64,000 nucleotides of DNA, from positions 212,970,001 through 213,034,000 of the forward strand of contig CM126204.1 of NCBI GenBank assembly GCA_052327205.1, written 5' to 3'. The position numbers and the translations under genes are program-made. The DNA comes from Somniosus microcephalus (Eukaryota). Below the pieces are notes generated by a model. That model made no database searches, was not told where the DNA came from, and saw only the letters and a list, made by a program, of their open reading frames with translations. Position 1 is the stretch's first letter. The number at the start of each line of letters is the position of its first letter. Shown here one piece after another: positions 41,684 through 55,728 of the stretch.

Positions 41684-41954
41684 AAACAGAAGATGACCCA
41701 TCTGAACCATTATCACCTCTACCAGATCACACACGTGGTCCCTCCGAACGGAGCCAAATCAGTTCGGAAGTTCAAGCTGTTAAATCCATGAAAGGACTAT
41801 TGAATGAGTAACGTGAACCGACTACACCACAGAGATTGAATCTGTGAACTGTTTTCCGCAGAGACTGAATCTGTGATATGTTATGTTAAACATGAAGTTA
41901 TATATGTATATATGTTATTACGTTATGTTAAATGGGGGGGATGACTATAAAGCT

Positions 41955-41967
41955 AAGAAGGGAGGAG
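41955..41967 (+). promoter_or_regulatory. Polypurine tract
   Basis: AAGAAGGGAGGAG directly before the 3' LTR. Confidence 0.9.
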
Positions 41968-42201
41968 TGTTGTGTATGTAACCTGTTCCACCTTAAGAGA
42001 GCTTAAGCCTGTTCCACCTTAAGAGATGTACTACTTTCTCAGGCTGCTGTAGACGTAATACCGGGGGTGAACACACCGGTATATAAGCACTGTGCAGTAA
42101 TCTTGTATTCAGTATAGTCCCTGCCTCCAACCAGTAAAGACCTGTTTTTATTGTTACTCATTAGTCTGTTTTAATTAACTAAATAATTCACAGACTTAAC
42201 A
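41968..42201 (+). repeat. 3' LTR (234 bp)
   Basis: Direct repeat of 39586-39819. Confidence 0.97.
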
Positions 42202-43638
42202 ACACCAAACATCTAGACACAGCAATCACCAGACACACTGAGCGGCTGGACACAGTAATTACAAGACACGCTGAAAGTCGAGACACAGCAATCACAAGAC
42301 ACATTGAGCATCTGGACAATGCAATCAAAAGACACAGAGCGTCTGGACACAGCAATCACAAGACATGCTGAGCATCTAGACACATCAAACACAAGACACA
42401 CTGAGAGTCTAGACACAGCAATCACCAGACACACTGAGCGTCTAGACACAGCAATCACAAGACACACTGAGTGGCCAGACACAGCATTCAACAGACACAC
42501 TTAGCATCTGGACACAGCAATCACCAGACACACCGAGCATCTGGAAAGATCAATCATGAGTGTCTAGACACTGCAATCACCTGTCACGCTGAGCATCTGG
42601 ACACAGCAATCACCAGACACACTGAGCATCTAGACACAGCAATCAGCAGACACACCGAGCGTCTAGACACAGCAATCACCAGACACACTGAGCGTTTGCA
42701 CACAGCAATCACCTGACACATCGAACATCTAGACACCGCAATCACAAGATACACTCAGCATATAGACGCAGTAATCACCAGACACACTGAGCGTCTTCAC
42801 ACAGCAATCACAAGAAACACTGAGCGTCTAGACACAGCAATGACAGGACACACTGAGCATCTAGACACAGCAATCACCAGACACACTGAGCGTCTAGACC
42901 ACAGCAATCACCAGACACACTGAGCATCTAGAAACTGTAATCACCAGACACACAGAGCGACTAGACATAGCAATCACCAGACATACTGAGTGTCTGGACA
43001 GAGCAATCATGAGACATACTGAGCGTCTAGACAAAGCAATCACCAGACATACTGAGTGTCTGGACACAGCAATCACAAGACACACTGAGCATCTAGACAC
43101 AGCAATCACCAGACACCTGAGTGTCTAGACACAGCAATCACACGACACACTGAATGTCTAGACACAATCAGCAGACACACTGAGCGGCTGGACACAGCAA
43201 TCACAAGACACACTGAGCATCTGGACAATGCAATCAAAAGACACAGAGCGTCTGGACACAGCAATCACCAGACACACTGAGCGTCTAGACACAGCAATCA
43301 CAAGACACACTGAGTGGCTAGACACAGCATTCAACAGACACACTGAGTGTCTAGACACAGCAATCACCAGACAAACCAAGCATCTGGACAGATCAATCAC
43401 AAGACACACTGAGCGTCTAGACATAGCAATCACCAGACACACAGAGCATCTAGACACAGCAATCAGCAAACACACTGAGCGTCTGCACACAGCAATCACC
43501 TGACACATCGAGCATCTAGACACAGCAATCACAAGACACACTGAGCATCTAGACAGAGCAATCATCTGACACACTGAGCGCCTGGACACAGCAATCACCA
43601 GACACACTGAGTGTCTAGACACAGCAATCACCAGACAA
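42202..43638 (+). repeat. 33-bp satellite array segment
   Basis: Same monomer. Confidence 0.97.
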
Positions 43639-43969
43639 TAGTGGTTAGCACTGTTGCCTCGCAGCGCCAGGGACCCGGGTTCAAATCCGGCCTCGGGTGA
43701 CTGTCTGTGTGGAGTTTGCACATTCTCCCCGTGTTTGCGTGGGTTTCCCCCGGGTGCTCCGGTTTCCTCCCACAGTCCAAAGATGTGCGGGTTAGGTTGA
43801 TTGGCTATGATAAAATTGACCCTTAGTGTTAGGGGGATTAAATACGGGGATAGGGTGGGATATGTGTTGGTGTAGGGGTTACGGGGATCGGGTGGGATAT
43901 GTGTCGGTGCAGGCTCGATGGGCCGAAATGGCCTCTATCTGCATTGTGGGGTTTCTGTGATTTCTGTGA
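43639..43969 (+). mobile_element. tRNA-derived V-SINE (HE1-like), slightly 5'-truncated
   Basis: tRNA-like head with partial A box (TAGTGGTTAG) and B box (GGTTCAAATCC). V-domain core TGTGTGGAGTTTGCACATTCTCCCCGTG...TCCGGTTTCCTCCCACAGTCCAAAGA. LINE-like 3' end with a (TTTCTGTGA)2 tail. Confidence 0.92.
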
Positions 43970-46900
43970 AAACTGAGTGTCTACACACAGCAATCACATG
44001 ACACACTGAGCATCTAAACACAGCAATCACCAGACATACTGAGCGTCTAGAACACAGCAATCACCAGACACACTGAGCGTCTAGGCAACAATAATGACAG
44101 GACACACAGAGCATCTGGACATAGCAATCACTAGACACACTGAGCGTCTAGACAGGGCAATCACCAGACACACTGAGAGTCTAGACACAGCAATCACCAG
44201 ACACACTGAGCGCCTGGACACAGCAATCACCAGACACACTGAGCATCTAGACACATCAATCAAAAGACACACTGACTGTCTGGACACAGCAATGACAGGA
44301 CACACTGATGGTCTAGACCACAACAATGACAGGACCCACTGAGCATCTGGACATAGCAATCACTAGACACACTGAGCGTCTAGACAGAGCAATCACCAGA
44401 CACACTGACCGTCTGGACACAGCAACCACCAGAAGCACTGAGTGACTAGACACAGCAATCACAAGACACACTGTGCGTGTAGATACAGCAATCACCAGAC
44501 ACACTGAGCATCTGGACATAGCAATCACGAGACACACTGAACGTCTAGACACAGCAATCACTAGACACAGTGAGCATCTAGATACAACAATCACCACAAA
44601 CGCTGAGCATCAAGAAACAGCAATCACAAGACACACTGAGAATCTAGACACAGCAATCGCCACAGACACTGAGCGTCTAGACACAGCAATCACCAGACAT
44701 ACTGAGCATCTGGATACAGCAATCACCAGATAAACTGAGCGTCTAGACACAGCAATCACTAGACACACTGAGTGTCTAGGCACAACCATCACCAGACACA
44801 CTGAGCGTCTGGACAAAGCAATCACCAGACACACTGAGCGTCAAGAAACAGCAATCACCAGACACACTGAATGCGTAGACACAGCAATCAACTGACACAC
44901 TGAGCGTCCAGACAGAGCAATCACCAGACACACTGAACGTTTAGCCACAGCAATCACCAGACACAATGAGCATCTGGACACAGCAATCACCAGACACACT
45001 GAGCGTCTACACACAGCAATCACAAGACACACTGAGCGTCTAGACACAGCAATGACAGGACAAACTGAGTATCTAGACACAGCAATCACCAGGCACACTG
45101 AGTGTCTAGACCATAGCAATCACCAGACACACTGAGCATCTAGACACGGCAATCACCAGATACACTGAGCGACTAGACATAGCAATCACCAGACATACTG
45201 AGTGTCTGGACAGAGCAATCACCAGACATACTGAGCGTCTAGACATAGCAATCGCCAGACATACTGCGTGTCTGGACACAACAATCATCAGCCACACTGA
45301 GCTTCTAGACAGAGCAATCACCAGACACCTTGAGGTGCTAGACAGCAATCACAAGACACACTGTGTGTCTAGACACAGCAATCTCCAGACACACTGGGCG
45401 TCTGGACACAGCAATCACTAGATACAGTGAGCGTCTAGACACAACAGTCACCACAACATTGAGTGTCAAGAAACAGCAATCACAAGACACACTGAGCGTC
45501 TGGACACATCAATCACAAGACACACTGAGTGTCCAGACACAACAATCAACAGACACACTGTGCCTCTAGACACAGCAATCACCAGACACACCGACCATCT
45601 GGACAGATCGATCACAAGACACACTGAGCATCTAGACACAGCAATCACCTGACACACTGAGCGTTTGGACACAGCAATCACTAGACTCACTGAGCGTCTA
45701 GGCACAGCAATCACAAGACACACCAAGCATCTAGACACAGCAATCACCAGACACACTGAGCGGCTGGACACAGTAATTACAATACATGCTGAAAGTCTAG
45801 ACACAGCAATCACAAGACACACTGAGCATCTGGACACAGCAATCATAAGACACAGAGCGCCCGGACACAGCAATCACAAGACACACTGAGCCTTTAGACA
45901 CATCAAACACAAGACACAATGAGAATCTAGACATAGCAATCACCAGACACACTGAGTGTCTAGACACAGCATTCAACAGACACACTGAGCGTCTAGACGC
46001 AGCAATCACCAGACACACTGAGCATCAGGACAGGTCAATCACCAGACACACTGAGTGTCTAGACACAGCAATCACCAGACAAAACTGAGTGTCTACACAC
46101 AGCAATCACCAGACACACTGAGCGTCTGGACACAGCAATCACCACAAAAACTGAGGGTCAAGAAACAGCAATCACAAGACACACTGAGAATCTAGACACA
46201 GCAATCACCACAGACACTGAGCGTCTAGACACAGCAATCACCAGAAACACCGAGCGTCTAGACACAGCAATCACCAGACACATTGAGCATCTAAACACAG
46301 CAATTACAAGACACACTGAGTGCCGAGACACAGCAATCACCAGAAACACCGAGTGACTAGACACAGCAATCACAAGGCACACTGAGCGTGTAGACAAAGC
46401 AATCACCAGACACACTCCACATCTAGAGCACAGCAATCACAAGGCACATTGTGCTTCTAGACACAACAATCACTAGACACACTGAGCGATTAGCCACAGC
46501 AATCACCAGACACAATGAGCATCAAGACACAGCAATCACAAGACACACTGAGTGTCCAGACACAGCAATGACAGGACACACTGAGCATCTAGACACAGCA
46601 ATCACCAGACATACTGAGCGTCTAGACCACAGCAATCACCAGACACACTGAGCATCTAGACACGGCAATCACCAGACATACTGAGCATCTAGACATAGCA
46701 ACCACCAGACATACTGAGTGTCTGGACAGAGCAATCACCAGACATACTGAACGTCTAGACATAGCAACCACCAGACATACTGAGTGTCTGGACACAGCAA
46801 TCACAAGACACACTGAGCATCTAGACACAGCAATCACCAGACACCTGAGCGTCTAGACACAGCAATCACCAGACATGCTAAGCGTCTGGACACAGCAATC

Positions 46901-49900
46901 ACCAGACACACTGAGCATCTAGACACAGCAATCACAAGACACACTGAGCATCTAGACACGGCAATCACCAGACATACTGAGCATCTAGACACAGCAATCG
47001 CCAGACATACTGAGTGTCTGGACAGAGCAATCATCAGACATACTGAGCATCTAGACATAGCAATCACCAGACATACTGATTGTCTGGACACAGCAATCAC
47101 AAGACACACTGAGCATCTAGACACAGCAATCAGCAGACACACCGAGCATCTAGACACAGCAATCACCAGACATAATGAGCGTCTGCACACAGCAATCACC
47201 TAACACATCGAACATTTAGACACAACAATCACAAGACACACTGAACGTCTAGACACAGCAATGACAGGACACACTGAGCATCTAGACACAGCAATCACAA
47301 GACACACTGAGCGTCTAGACCACAGCAATCGCCAGACACACTGAGCATCTAGACACTGCAATCACCAGACACACTGAGCATCTAGACATAGCAATCACCA
47401 GACATACTGAGTGTCTGGACAGAGTAATCACCAGAAATACTGAGCGTCTAGACATAGCAATCACCAGACATACTGAGTGACTGGACACAGCAATCACAAG
47501 ACACACTGAGCATCTAGACACAGCAATCACCAGACACCTGAGCGTCTAGACACAGCGATCACAAGACACACTGAATGCCTAGACACAGCAATCATCAGAC
47601 ACACTGAGCGTCTGGATACAACAATCAGCAGCTACACTGAACGTCTGGACACAACAATCAGCAGCCACACTGAGCATCTAGACACAGCAGTCACCAGACA
47701 CCTTGAGGTGCCAGACAGCAATCACAAGACAAACTGTGCGTCTAGACACAGCAATCTCCAGACGCACTGAGCGTCTGGACACAACAATCACTAGACTCAA
47801 TAAGCATCTAGTCACAGCAATCACAAGACACACCAAGCATCGAGAAACAGCAATCACCAGACACACTGAGCGGCTGGGCACAGCAATTACAAGACACGCT
47901 GAAAGTCTAGACACAGCAATCACAAGACACACTGAGCGTCTGGACACAGCAATCAAAAGAGACAGAGCGTCTGGACACAGCAATCACAAAACACACTGAG
48001 CATCTGGACATAGCAATCACCAAACACACTGAGCGTCTAAACTCAGCAATCACTATACACAGTGAGCGTCTAGACACAGCAATCACCAGACACACTGAGC
48101 GTATAGACACAGCAATCACCAGACACACTGAGCATCTAGACACAGCAATCACCAGACACACCGAGCATCTGGACAGATCAATCACAGGACACTATGAGTG
48201 TCTAGACACTGCAATCACCTGACACGCTGAGCATCTGGACACAGCAATCACCAGACACACTGAGCATCTAGACACAGCAATCACCAGACACACTGAGCCT
48301 TTGCACACAGCAATCACCTGACACATCGAACATCTAGACACAGCAATCACAAGACACACTCAGCATCTAGACACAGCAATCACCAGACACACTGAGCGTC
48401 TTCACACAGCAATCACAAGATACACTGAGCGTCTAGACCACAGCAATCACTAGACACACTGAGCATCTAGACACTGCAATCACCAGACACACAGAGCGAC
48501 TAGACATAGCAATCACCAGACATACTGAGTGTCTGGACAGAGCAATCACGAGACATACTGAGCGTCTAGACAAAGCAATCACCAGACATACTGAGTGTCT
48601 GGACACAGCAATCACAAGACACACTGTGCATCTAGACACAACAATCACCAGACACCTGAGCTTCTAGACACAGCAATCACAAGACACACTGAATGTCTAG
48701 ACACAGCAATCACCAGACACACCGAGCGTCTAGACACAGCAATCACCAGACACACTGAACATCTGGACACGACAATCAGCAGCCACGCTGAGCTTCTAGA
48801 CACAGCAATCACCAGTCACCATGAGGTGCTAGACAGCAATCACAAGACACACTGAGCATCTGGACACATCAATCACAAGACACACTGAGTGTCACGACAC
48901 AGCAATCACAAGACACACTGAGTGCCTAGACACTGCAATCACCGGACTCACTGAGCGTTTGGACACAGCAATCACTAGACTCACTGAGCATCTAGGCACA
49001 GCAATCACAAGACACACCAAACATCTAGACACAGCAATCACCAGACACCGTTAGCGGCTGGACACAGCAATTACAAGACACGCTGAAAGTCTAGACACAG
49101 CAATCACAAGACACACTGAGCATCTGGACAATGCAATCAAAAGACAGAGCGTCTAGACACAGCATTCACCAGACACACTGAGCGTCTAGACACATCAAAC
49201 ACAAGACACACTGAGTGGCTGGACACAGCATTCAACAGATACACTGAGCATCTAGACACAGCAATCACCAGACACACCGAGCATCTGGAAAGATCAATCA
49301 CAGGACACTATGAGTGTCTAGACACTGCAATCACCTGACACGCTGAGCATCTGGACACAGCAATCAGCAGACACACCGAGCGTCTAAACACAGCAATCAC
49401 CAGACACACTGAGCGTTTGCACACAGCAATCACCTGACACATCGAACATCTAGACACAGCAATCACAAGATACACTCAGCATATAGACGCAGCAATCACC
49501 AGACACACTGAGCGTCTTCACACAGCAATCACAAGACACACTGAGCGTCTGGACACAGCAATGACAGGACACACTGAGCATCTAGACACAGCAATCACCA
49601 GACACACTGAGCGTCTAGACCACAGCAATCACCAGATACACTGAGCATCTAGATACTGCAATCACCAGACACACAGAGCGACCAGACATAGCAATCTCCA
49701 GACATACTGAGTGTCTGGACAGAGCAATCACGAGACATACTGAGCGTCTAGACAAAGCAATCACCAGACATACTGAGTGTCTAGACACAGCAATCACAAG
49801 ACACACTGAATGTCTAGACACAGCAATCACCAGACGCACCGAGCATCTAGACACAGCAATCACCAGACACACTGAACGTCTGGACACGACAATCAGCAGC

Positions 49901-52900
49901 CACGCTGAGCTTCTGGACACCAGACACCATGAGGTGCTAGACAGCAATCACAAGACACACTGTGTGTCTAGACACAGCAATCACAAGACACACTGAGCAT
50001 CTGGACACATCAATCACAAGACACACTGAGTGCCTAGACACAGCAATCACCAGACACACTGAGTGTCTGGACACAGCAATCACCAGACACACTGAGCGTC
50101 TAGACACAGCAATCACCAGACACACCGAGCGTCTGGACACAGCAATCACCAGACACACTGAGATTCTAGACATAGCAATGAAAAGACACACCGAGCATCA
50201 AGACAGAGCAATCAACAGACACACTGAGCATCTAGACACAGCAATCACCGGATACACTGAGCGTTTAGACACAGCAATCACCAGGCACACTGAGCATCTA
50301 GACACATCAATCACCAGGCACACTGAGCATCTAGACACAGCAATCACCGGATACACTGAGCGTTTAGACACAGCAATCACTAGTCACACCGAGCGTCTGC
50401 ACACAGCAATCACCTGAAACATCGAGCATGTAGACACAGCAATCACAAGACACACTGAGTGTCTAGACACATCAATCACAAGACACACTGACTGTCTAGA
50501 CACAGCAATGACAGGACACACTGAGGGTCTAGACACAGCAATCAACAGACACACTGAGCATCTAGACCACAACAATGACAGGACACACAGAGCATCTGGA
50601 CATAGCAATCACTAGACACACTGAGCGTCTAGACAGGGCAATCGCCAGACACACTGAGCGTCTAGACACAGCAATCACGAGACACACCGAGCGTCTGCAC
50701 ACAGCAATCACCTGACACATCGAGCATGTAGACACAGCAATCACCAGACACACTGAGCACCTGGAAACAGCAACCACCAGACACACTGAGCATCTAGACA
50801 CATCAATCAAAAGACACACTGACTGTCTGGACACAGCAATGACAGGACACACTGATGGTCTAGACCACAACAATGACAGGACTCACTGAGCATCTGGACA
50901 TAGCAATCACTAGACACACTGAGCGTCTAGACAGAGCAATCACCAGACACACTGACCGTCTGGACACAGCAACCACCAGAAGCACTGAGTGACTAGACAC
51001 AGCAATCACAAGACACACTGAGCGTGTAGATACAGCAATCACCAGACACACTGAGCATCTGGACATAGCAATCACGAGACACACTGAGCGTCTAGACACA
51101 GCAATCACTAGACACAGTGAGCATCTAGATACAACAATCACCACAAACGCTGAGCGTCAAGAAACAGCAATCACAAGACACACTGAGAATCTAGACACAG
51201 CAATCGCCACAGACACTGAGCGTCTAGACACAGCAATCACCAGACACACTGAGCATCTGGATACAGCAATCACCAGATAAACTGAGCGTCTAGACACAGC
51301 AATCACTAGACACACTGAGTGTCTAGAAACAGCAATCACCAGACACACTGAGCGTCTGGACACAGCAATCACCAGACACACTGAGCTTCTAGATATAGCA
51401 ATGAAAAGACACACCGAGCATCTAGACAGAGCAATCAACAGACACACTGAGCGTCTAGACACATCAATCACCAGGCACACCAAGCATCTAGATAAAGCAA
51501 TGAAAGGACACACAGAGCGTCTAGCCACAACAATCACCAGACACACTGAGCATCTAGACACATCAATCACCAGGCACACTGAGCATCTAGACACAGCAAT
51601 CACCTGACACACTGAGCATCAAGACACAGCAATCACCTGACACACTGAGCGTCTCGACACAGCAATCACCAGGCACACTGAGCATTTAGACACAGCAATC
51701 ACCTGACACACTGAGCGTCTCGACACAGCAATCACCAGGCACACTGAGCATTTAGACACAGCAATCACCAGACACACTGAGCGTCGAGACCACAGCAATC
51801 ACCAGACACACTGAGCATCTAGACACAGCAATCACTAGTCACACCGAGCGTCTGCACACAGCAATCACCTGAAACATCGAGCATGTAGACACAGCAATCA
51901 CAAGACACACTGCCTGTCTAGACACAGCAATGACAGGACACACTGAGGGTCTAGACACAGCAATCAACAGACACACTGAGCGTCTAGACCACAACAATGA
52001 CAGGACACACAGAGCATCTGGACATAGCAATCACTAGACACACTGAGCGTCTAGACAGGGCAATCACCAGACACACCGAGCGTCTGCACACAGCAATCAC
52101 CTGACACATCGAGCACGTAGACACAGCAATCACAAGACACACTGAGCATCTAGACACATCAATCAAAAGACACACTGACTGTCTGGACACAGCAATGACA
52201 GGACACACTGATGGTCTAGACCACAACAATGACAGGACTCACTGAGCATCTGGACATAGCAATCACTAGACACACTGAGCGTCTAGACAGAGCAATCACC
52301 AGACACACTGACCGTCTGGACACAGCAACCACCAGAAGCACTGAGTGACTAGACACAGCAATCACAAGACACACTGAGCGTGTAGATACAGCAATCACCA
52401 GACACACTGAGCATCTGGACATAGCAATCACGAGACACACTGAGCGTCGAGACACAACAATCACCAGACACCTGAGCGTCTAGACACAGCCATCATAAGA
52501 CACACTGAATGTCTAGACACAACAATCACCAGACACACCGAGTGTCTGGACACAGCAATCACCAGACACACTGAGCGCCTGGACAAAACAATCAGCAGCC
52601 ACACTGAGCTTCTAGACACAGCAATCACCAGACACACTGAGTGTCTACACACAGCAATGATAAGACACACTAAGCATCTAGACAGAGCAATCACCTGACA
52701 CACTGAGCGTCTAGACACAGCAATCACCAGAAACACTGAGTGTCCAGACACAGCAATCACAAGACATACTGAGCGTTTAGACACAGCAATCACCAGACAC
52801 ACTGAGCGTCTAGACCACAGCAATCACCAGATACACTGAGCATCTAGACACAGCAATCATCTGACACACTGAGCGCCTGGAAACAGCAACCACCAGACAC

Positions 52901-53326
52901 ACTGACTGTCTAGACACAGCAATGACAGGACACACTGAGGGTCTAGACACAGCAATCACCAGACACACTGACCGTCTAGACCACAACAATGACAGGACAC
53001 ACTGAGCATCTGGACATAGCAATCACTAGACACACTGAGTGTCTAGACAGAGCAATCACCAGACACACTGAACGTCTGGACACAGCAATCACAGGACACA
53101 CTGAGAATCTAGACACAGCAATCACTACAGACACTGAGTGTCTAGACACAGCAATCACCAGACACACTGTGCGTCTAGACACAGCAATCACAGGACACAC
53201 TGAGCGTCTAGACAGAGCAATCAACAGACACACTGAGAATCTAGATATGACAATCACCAGACACACTGAGCGTCTAGACACATCAATCACCAGGCACACC
53301 GAGCATCTAGATACAGCAATGACAGG
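43970..53326 (+). repeat. 33-bp satellite array segment (~9.4 kb)
   Basis: Same monomer; includes a paralog of the block that flanks the LTR element. Confidence 0.97.
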
Positions 53327-55728
53327 ACATAAGAACATAAGAACATAAGAAATAGGAGCAGGAGTAGGCCAATCGGCCCCTCGAGCCTGCTCCACCATTC
53401 AATAAGATCATGGCTGATCTGATCCTAACCGCCAATCCACTATCACAGAACCATCTCCTGAATCTAACAGAATTAGACACATGAAATAGGAGCAGGATCA
53501 GGCTACATGGCCCCTGGGCCCGCTCCGCTACCCACAGGGCCATGTCCGATCCGAACCTAGACTCATGTCCAAATTCCTGCCCGCTCCCCGTAACCCTTAA
53601 TTCCCTTTACTTCTAGGAAACTGTCTATTTCTGTTTTAAATTTATGTAATGATGTAGCTTCTACAGTTTTTTGGGGCAGCATATTCCATGGACCTACCAC
53701 CCTCTGAGTGAAGTACTTCCTCCTCATCTGAGTTTTGAAAGAGCAGCCCCTTATTCTAAGACTATGCCCCCTAGTTCTAGTTTCACCCATCATCGGGAAC
53801 ATCTTCCCCGGATCCACACGATCCAACCCCTTCACAATCTTATATGTTTCAATAAGATCGCCTCTCATTCTTCTGAACTCCAATGAGTAGAGTCCCAATC
53901 TACTCAACCTCTCCTCATATGTCCATCCCCTCATCCCCGGGATTAACCAAGTGAACCTTCTTTGTACTGACTCGAGAGCAAGTATGTCCTTTCTTAAGTA
54001 TGGACACCAAAACTGTACGCAGTATTCCAGGTGCGGTCTCACCAATACCTTGTACAACTGAAGCAATACCTCCCTATTTTTATATTCTATCCCCCTAGCA
54101 ATGAAAGCCAACATTCCATTGGCCTTCTTAATCACTTGCTGCACCTGCATACTAACCTTTTGAGTTTCGTGCACCAGGACCCCCAGATCCCTTTGTACTT
54201 CAGTACTTTCCAGTTTCTTGCCATTAAGATAATAACTTGCTCTACGATTTTTCCTGCCAAAGTGCATAACCTCACACTTTCCAGTATTGTATTCCATCTG
54301 CCAAATCTCTGCCCACTTACTTAGCCTGTCGATGTCCCCTTGCAGGTTTTTTATGTCCTCCTCACTCACTACTTTCCCTCCCATCTTAGTATCATCTGCA
54401 AACTTTGATATGTTACACTCGGTCACCTCCTCCAAATCGTTAATATAGATTGTAAAGAGTTGGGGACCCATCAGTGACCCCTGCGGAACACCACTAGTTA
54501 CTGATTGCCAGTCTGAGAAGGAACCATTTATCCCAACTCTCGGCCTTCTGTTAGATAGCCAATCCTCTATCCATGCCAGAATATTACCCCCAATCCCGTG
54601 ATTTTTTATCTTAAGCAATAATCTTTTGTGTGGCACCTTGTCAAATGCCTTTTGGAAGTCTAAATACACTACGTCCACTGGTTCCCCTTTATCCACCCTA
54701 TACGTTACTTCCTCAAAGAACTCCAGCAAATTTGTCAAACATGTCTTCCCCTTCATAAAACCATGCTGACTTTGTCCTATTAAATTATGATTGTCCAAAT
54801 GTCCTGTTACTGTCTCCTTAATAATGGACTCCAAAATTTGACCAACCACAGATGTTAGGCTAACCGGTCTATAGTTTCCAGCCTTCTGTCTACTGCCCTT
54901 TTTAAATAAGGGTGTTACATTAGCAGTTTTCCAGTCTGCCGGGACCTTTGCCGAGTCCAGGGAGTTTTGGAAAATTATTACCAATGCACCCACAATCTCT
55001 ACCGCCACTTCCCTCAAGACCCTAGGATGTAAGCCATCAGGTCCAGGTGATTTATCCGCCTTGAGTCCCATTATTTTACCGAGTACCACTTCCTTAGTGA
55101 TTTTGATCGTGTTTAGTTCCTCCCCCCCTTTAGCCCCCTGTTTGTCCAGTGTTGGGATATTCTTAGTGTCTTCTACTGTAAAGACTGATGTAAAATATTC
55201 ATTCAGTGTTTTTGCCATCTCCATATTTCCCACCATTAATTTCCCGGTCTCATTCTCTAAGGGACCAACATTTACTTTAGCCACCCTTTTTCTTTTTATA
55301 TAACTGTAAAAACTCTTACTATCTGTTTTTATATTTTTTGCTAATTTACTTTCATAATCTATCTTCCCTTTCTTAATCAATCTTTTTGTTATTTTTTGCT
55401 GTCTTTTAAAGTTTTCCCAATCCTCTATCCTCCCACTAGATTTGGCTACCTTATATGCCCTTGTTTTTAGTCGAATACTATCCTTAATTTCTTTACTTAG
55501 CCACGGATGGCTGTCTTTTCTTTTACACCCTTTTCTTCTCAGTGGAATATATATTTTTTGGAAGCAGTAAAATAACTCCGTAAATGTACACCACTGATCA
55601 TGTATCGTCTTACCCTTTAATCTATTTTCCCAATCCACTCTACTCAATTCCGCTCTCATACCTTCATAGTCTCCTTTATTCAAGCTTAGCATGCTTGTTT
55701 GAGATCCAACCTTCTCACCTTCAAACAG
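53327..55728 (-). mobile_element. 5'-truncated CR1-clade LINE
   Basis: 3' tail (TTCTTATG)3 on the minus strand, 3'UTR stem-loop and an RT ORF. Truncated downstream of the endonuclease domain; no clear TSD. Confidence 0.95.
53563..55728 (-). CDS. CR1 ORF2 fragment (reverse transcriptase and C-terminus), open but lacking its start and the APE domain
   Basis: KSPGPDG, NYRPVSLTS, QHGF, YLDFQKAFD, GVPQGS, KFADD, RDLGV, RPHLEYC and RRMRGDLI motifs; no stops over ~720 codons. Confidence 0.9.
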   Translation of the reverse strand: MFEGEKVGSQTSMLSLNKGDYEGMRAELSRVDWENRLKGKTIHDQWCTFTELFYCFQKIYIPLRRKGCKRKDSHPWLSKEIKDSIRLKTRAYKVAKSSGRIEDWENFKRQQKITKRLIKKGKIDYESKLAKNIKTDSKSFYSYIKRKRVAKVNVGPLENETGKLMVGNMEMAKTLNEYFTSVFTVEDTKNIPTLDKQGAKGGEELNTIKITKEVVLGKIMGLKADKSPGPDGLHPRVLREVAVEIVGALVIIFQNSLDSAKVPADWKTANVTPLFKKGSRQKAGNYRPVSLTSVVGQILESIIKETVTGHLDNHNLIGQSQHGFMKGKTCLTNLLEFFEEVTYRVDKGEPVDVVYLDFQKAFDKVPHKRLLLKIKNHGIGGNILAWIEDWLSNRRPRVGINGSFSDWQSVTSGVPQGSLMGPQLFTIYINDLEEVTECNISKFADDTKMGGKVVSEEDIKNLQGDIDRLSKWAEIWQMEYNTGKCEVMHFGRKNRRASYYLNGKKLESTEVQRDLGVLVHETQKVSMQVQQVIKKANGMLAFIARGIEYKNREVLLQLYKVLVRPHLEYCVQFWCPYLRKDILALESVQRRFTWLIPGMRGWTYEERLSRLGLYSLEFRRMRGDLIETYKIVKGLDRVDPGKMFPMMGETRTRGHSLRIRGCSFKTQMRRKYFTQRVVGPWNMLPQKTVEATSLHKFKTEIDSFLEVKGIKGYGERAGIWT

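Larger units (their letters stand above)
39586..42201 (+). mobile_element. Non-autonomous Ty3/Gypsy (Mag-like) LTR retrotransposon, 2616 bp, gag-protease only
   Basis: Two 234-bp TG...CA LTRs, 5-bp TSD ACACC (39581-39585, 42202-42206), PBS, PPT and a single gag-pro ORF. There is no room for RT, RNase H or integrase, and no motifs for them. Confidence 0.96.

Noticed and set aside
43639-43710. tRNA gene
   Set aside because: The A/B boxes belong to the SINE head. The 5' acceptor stem is missing and the sequence runs straight into the V-domain.
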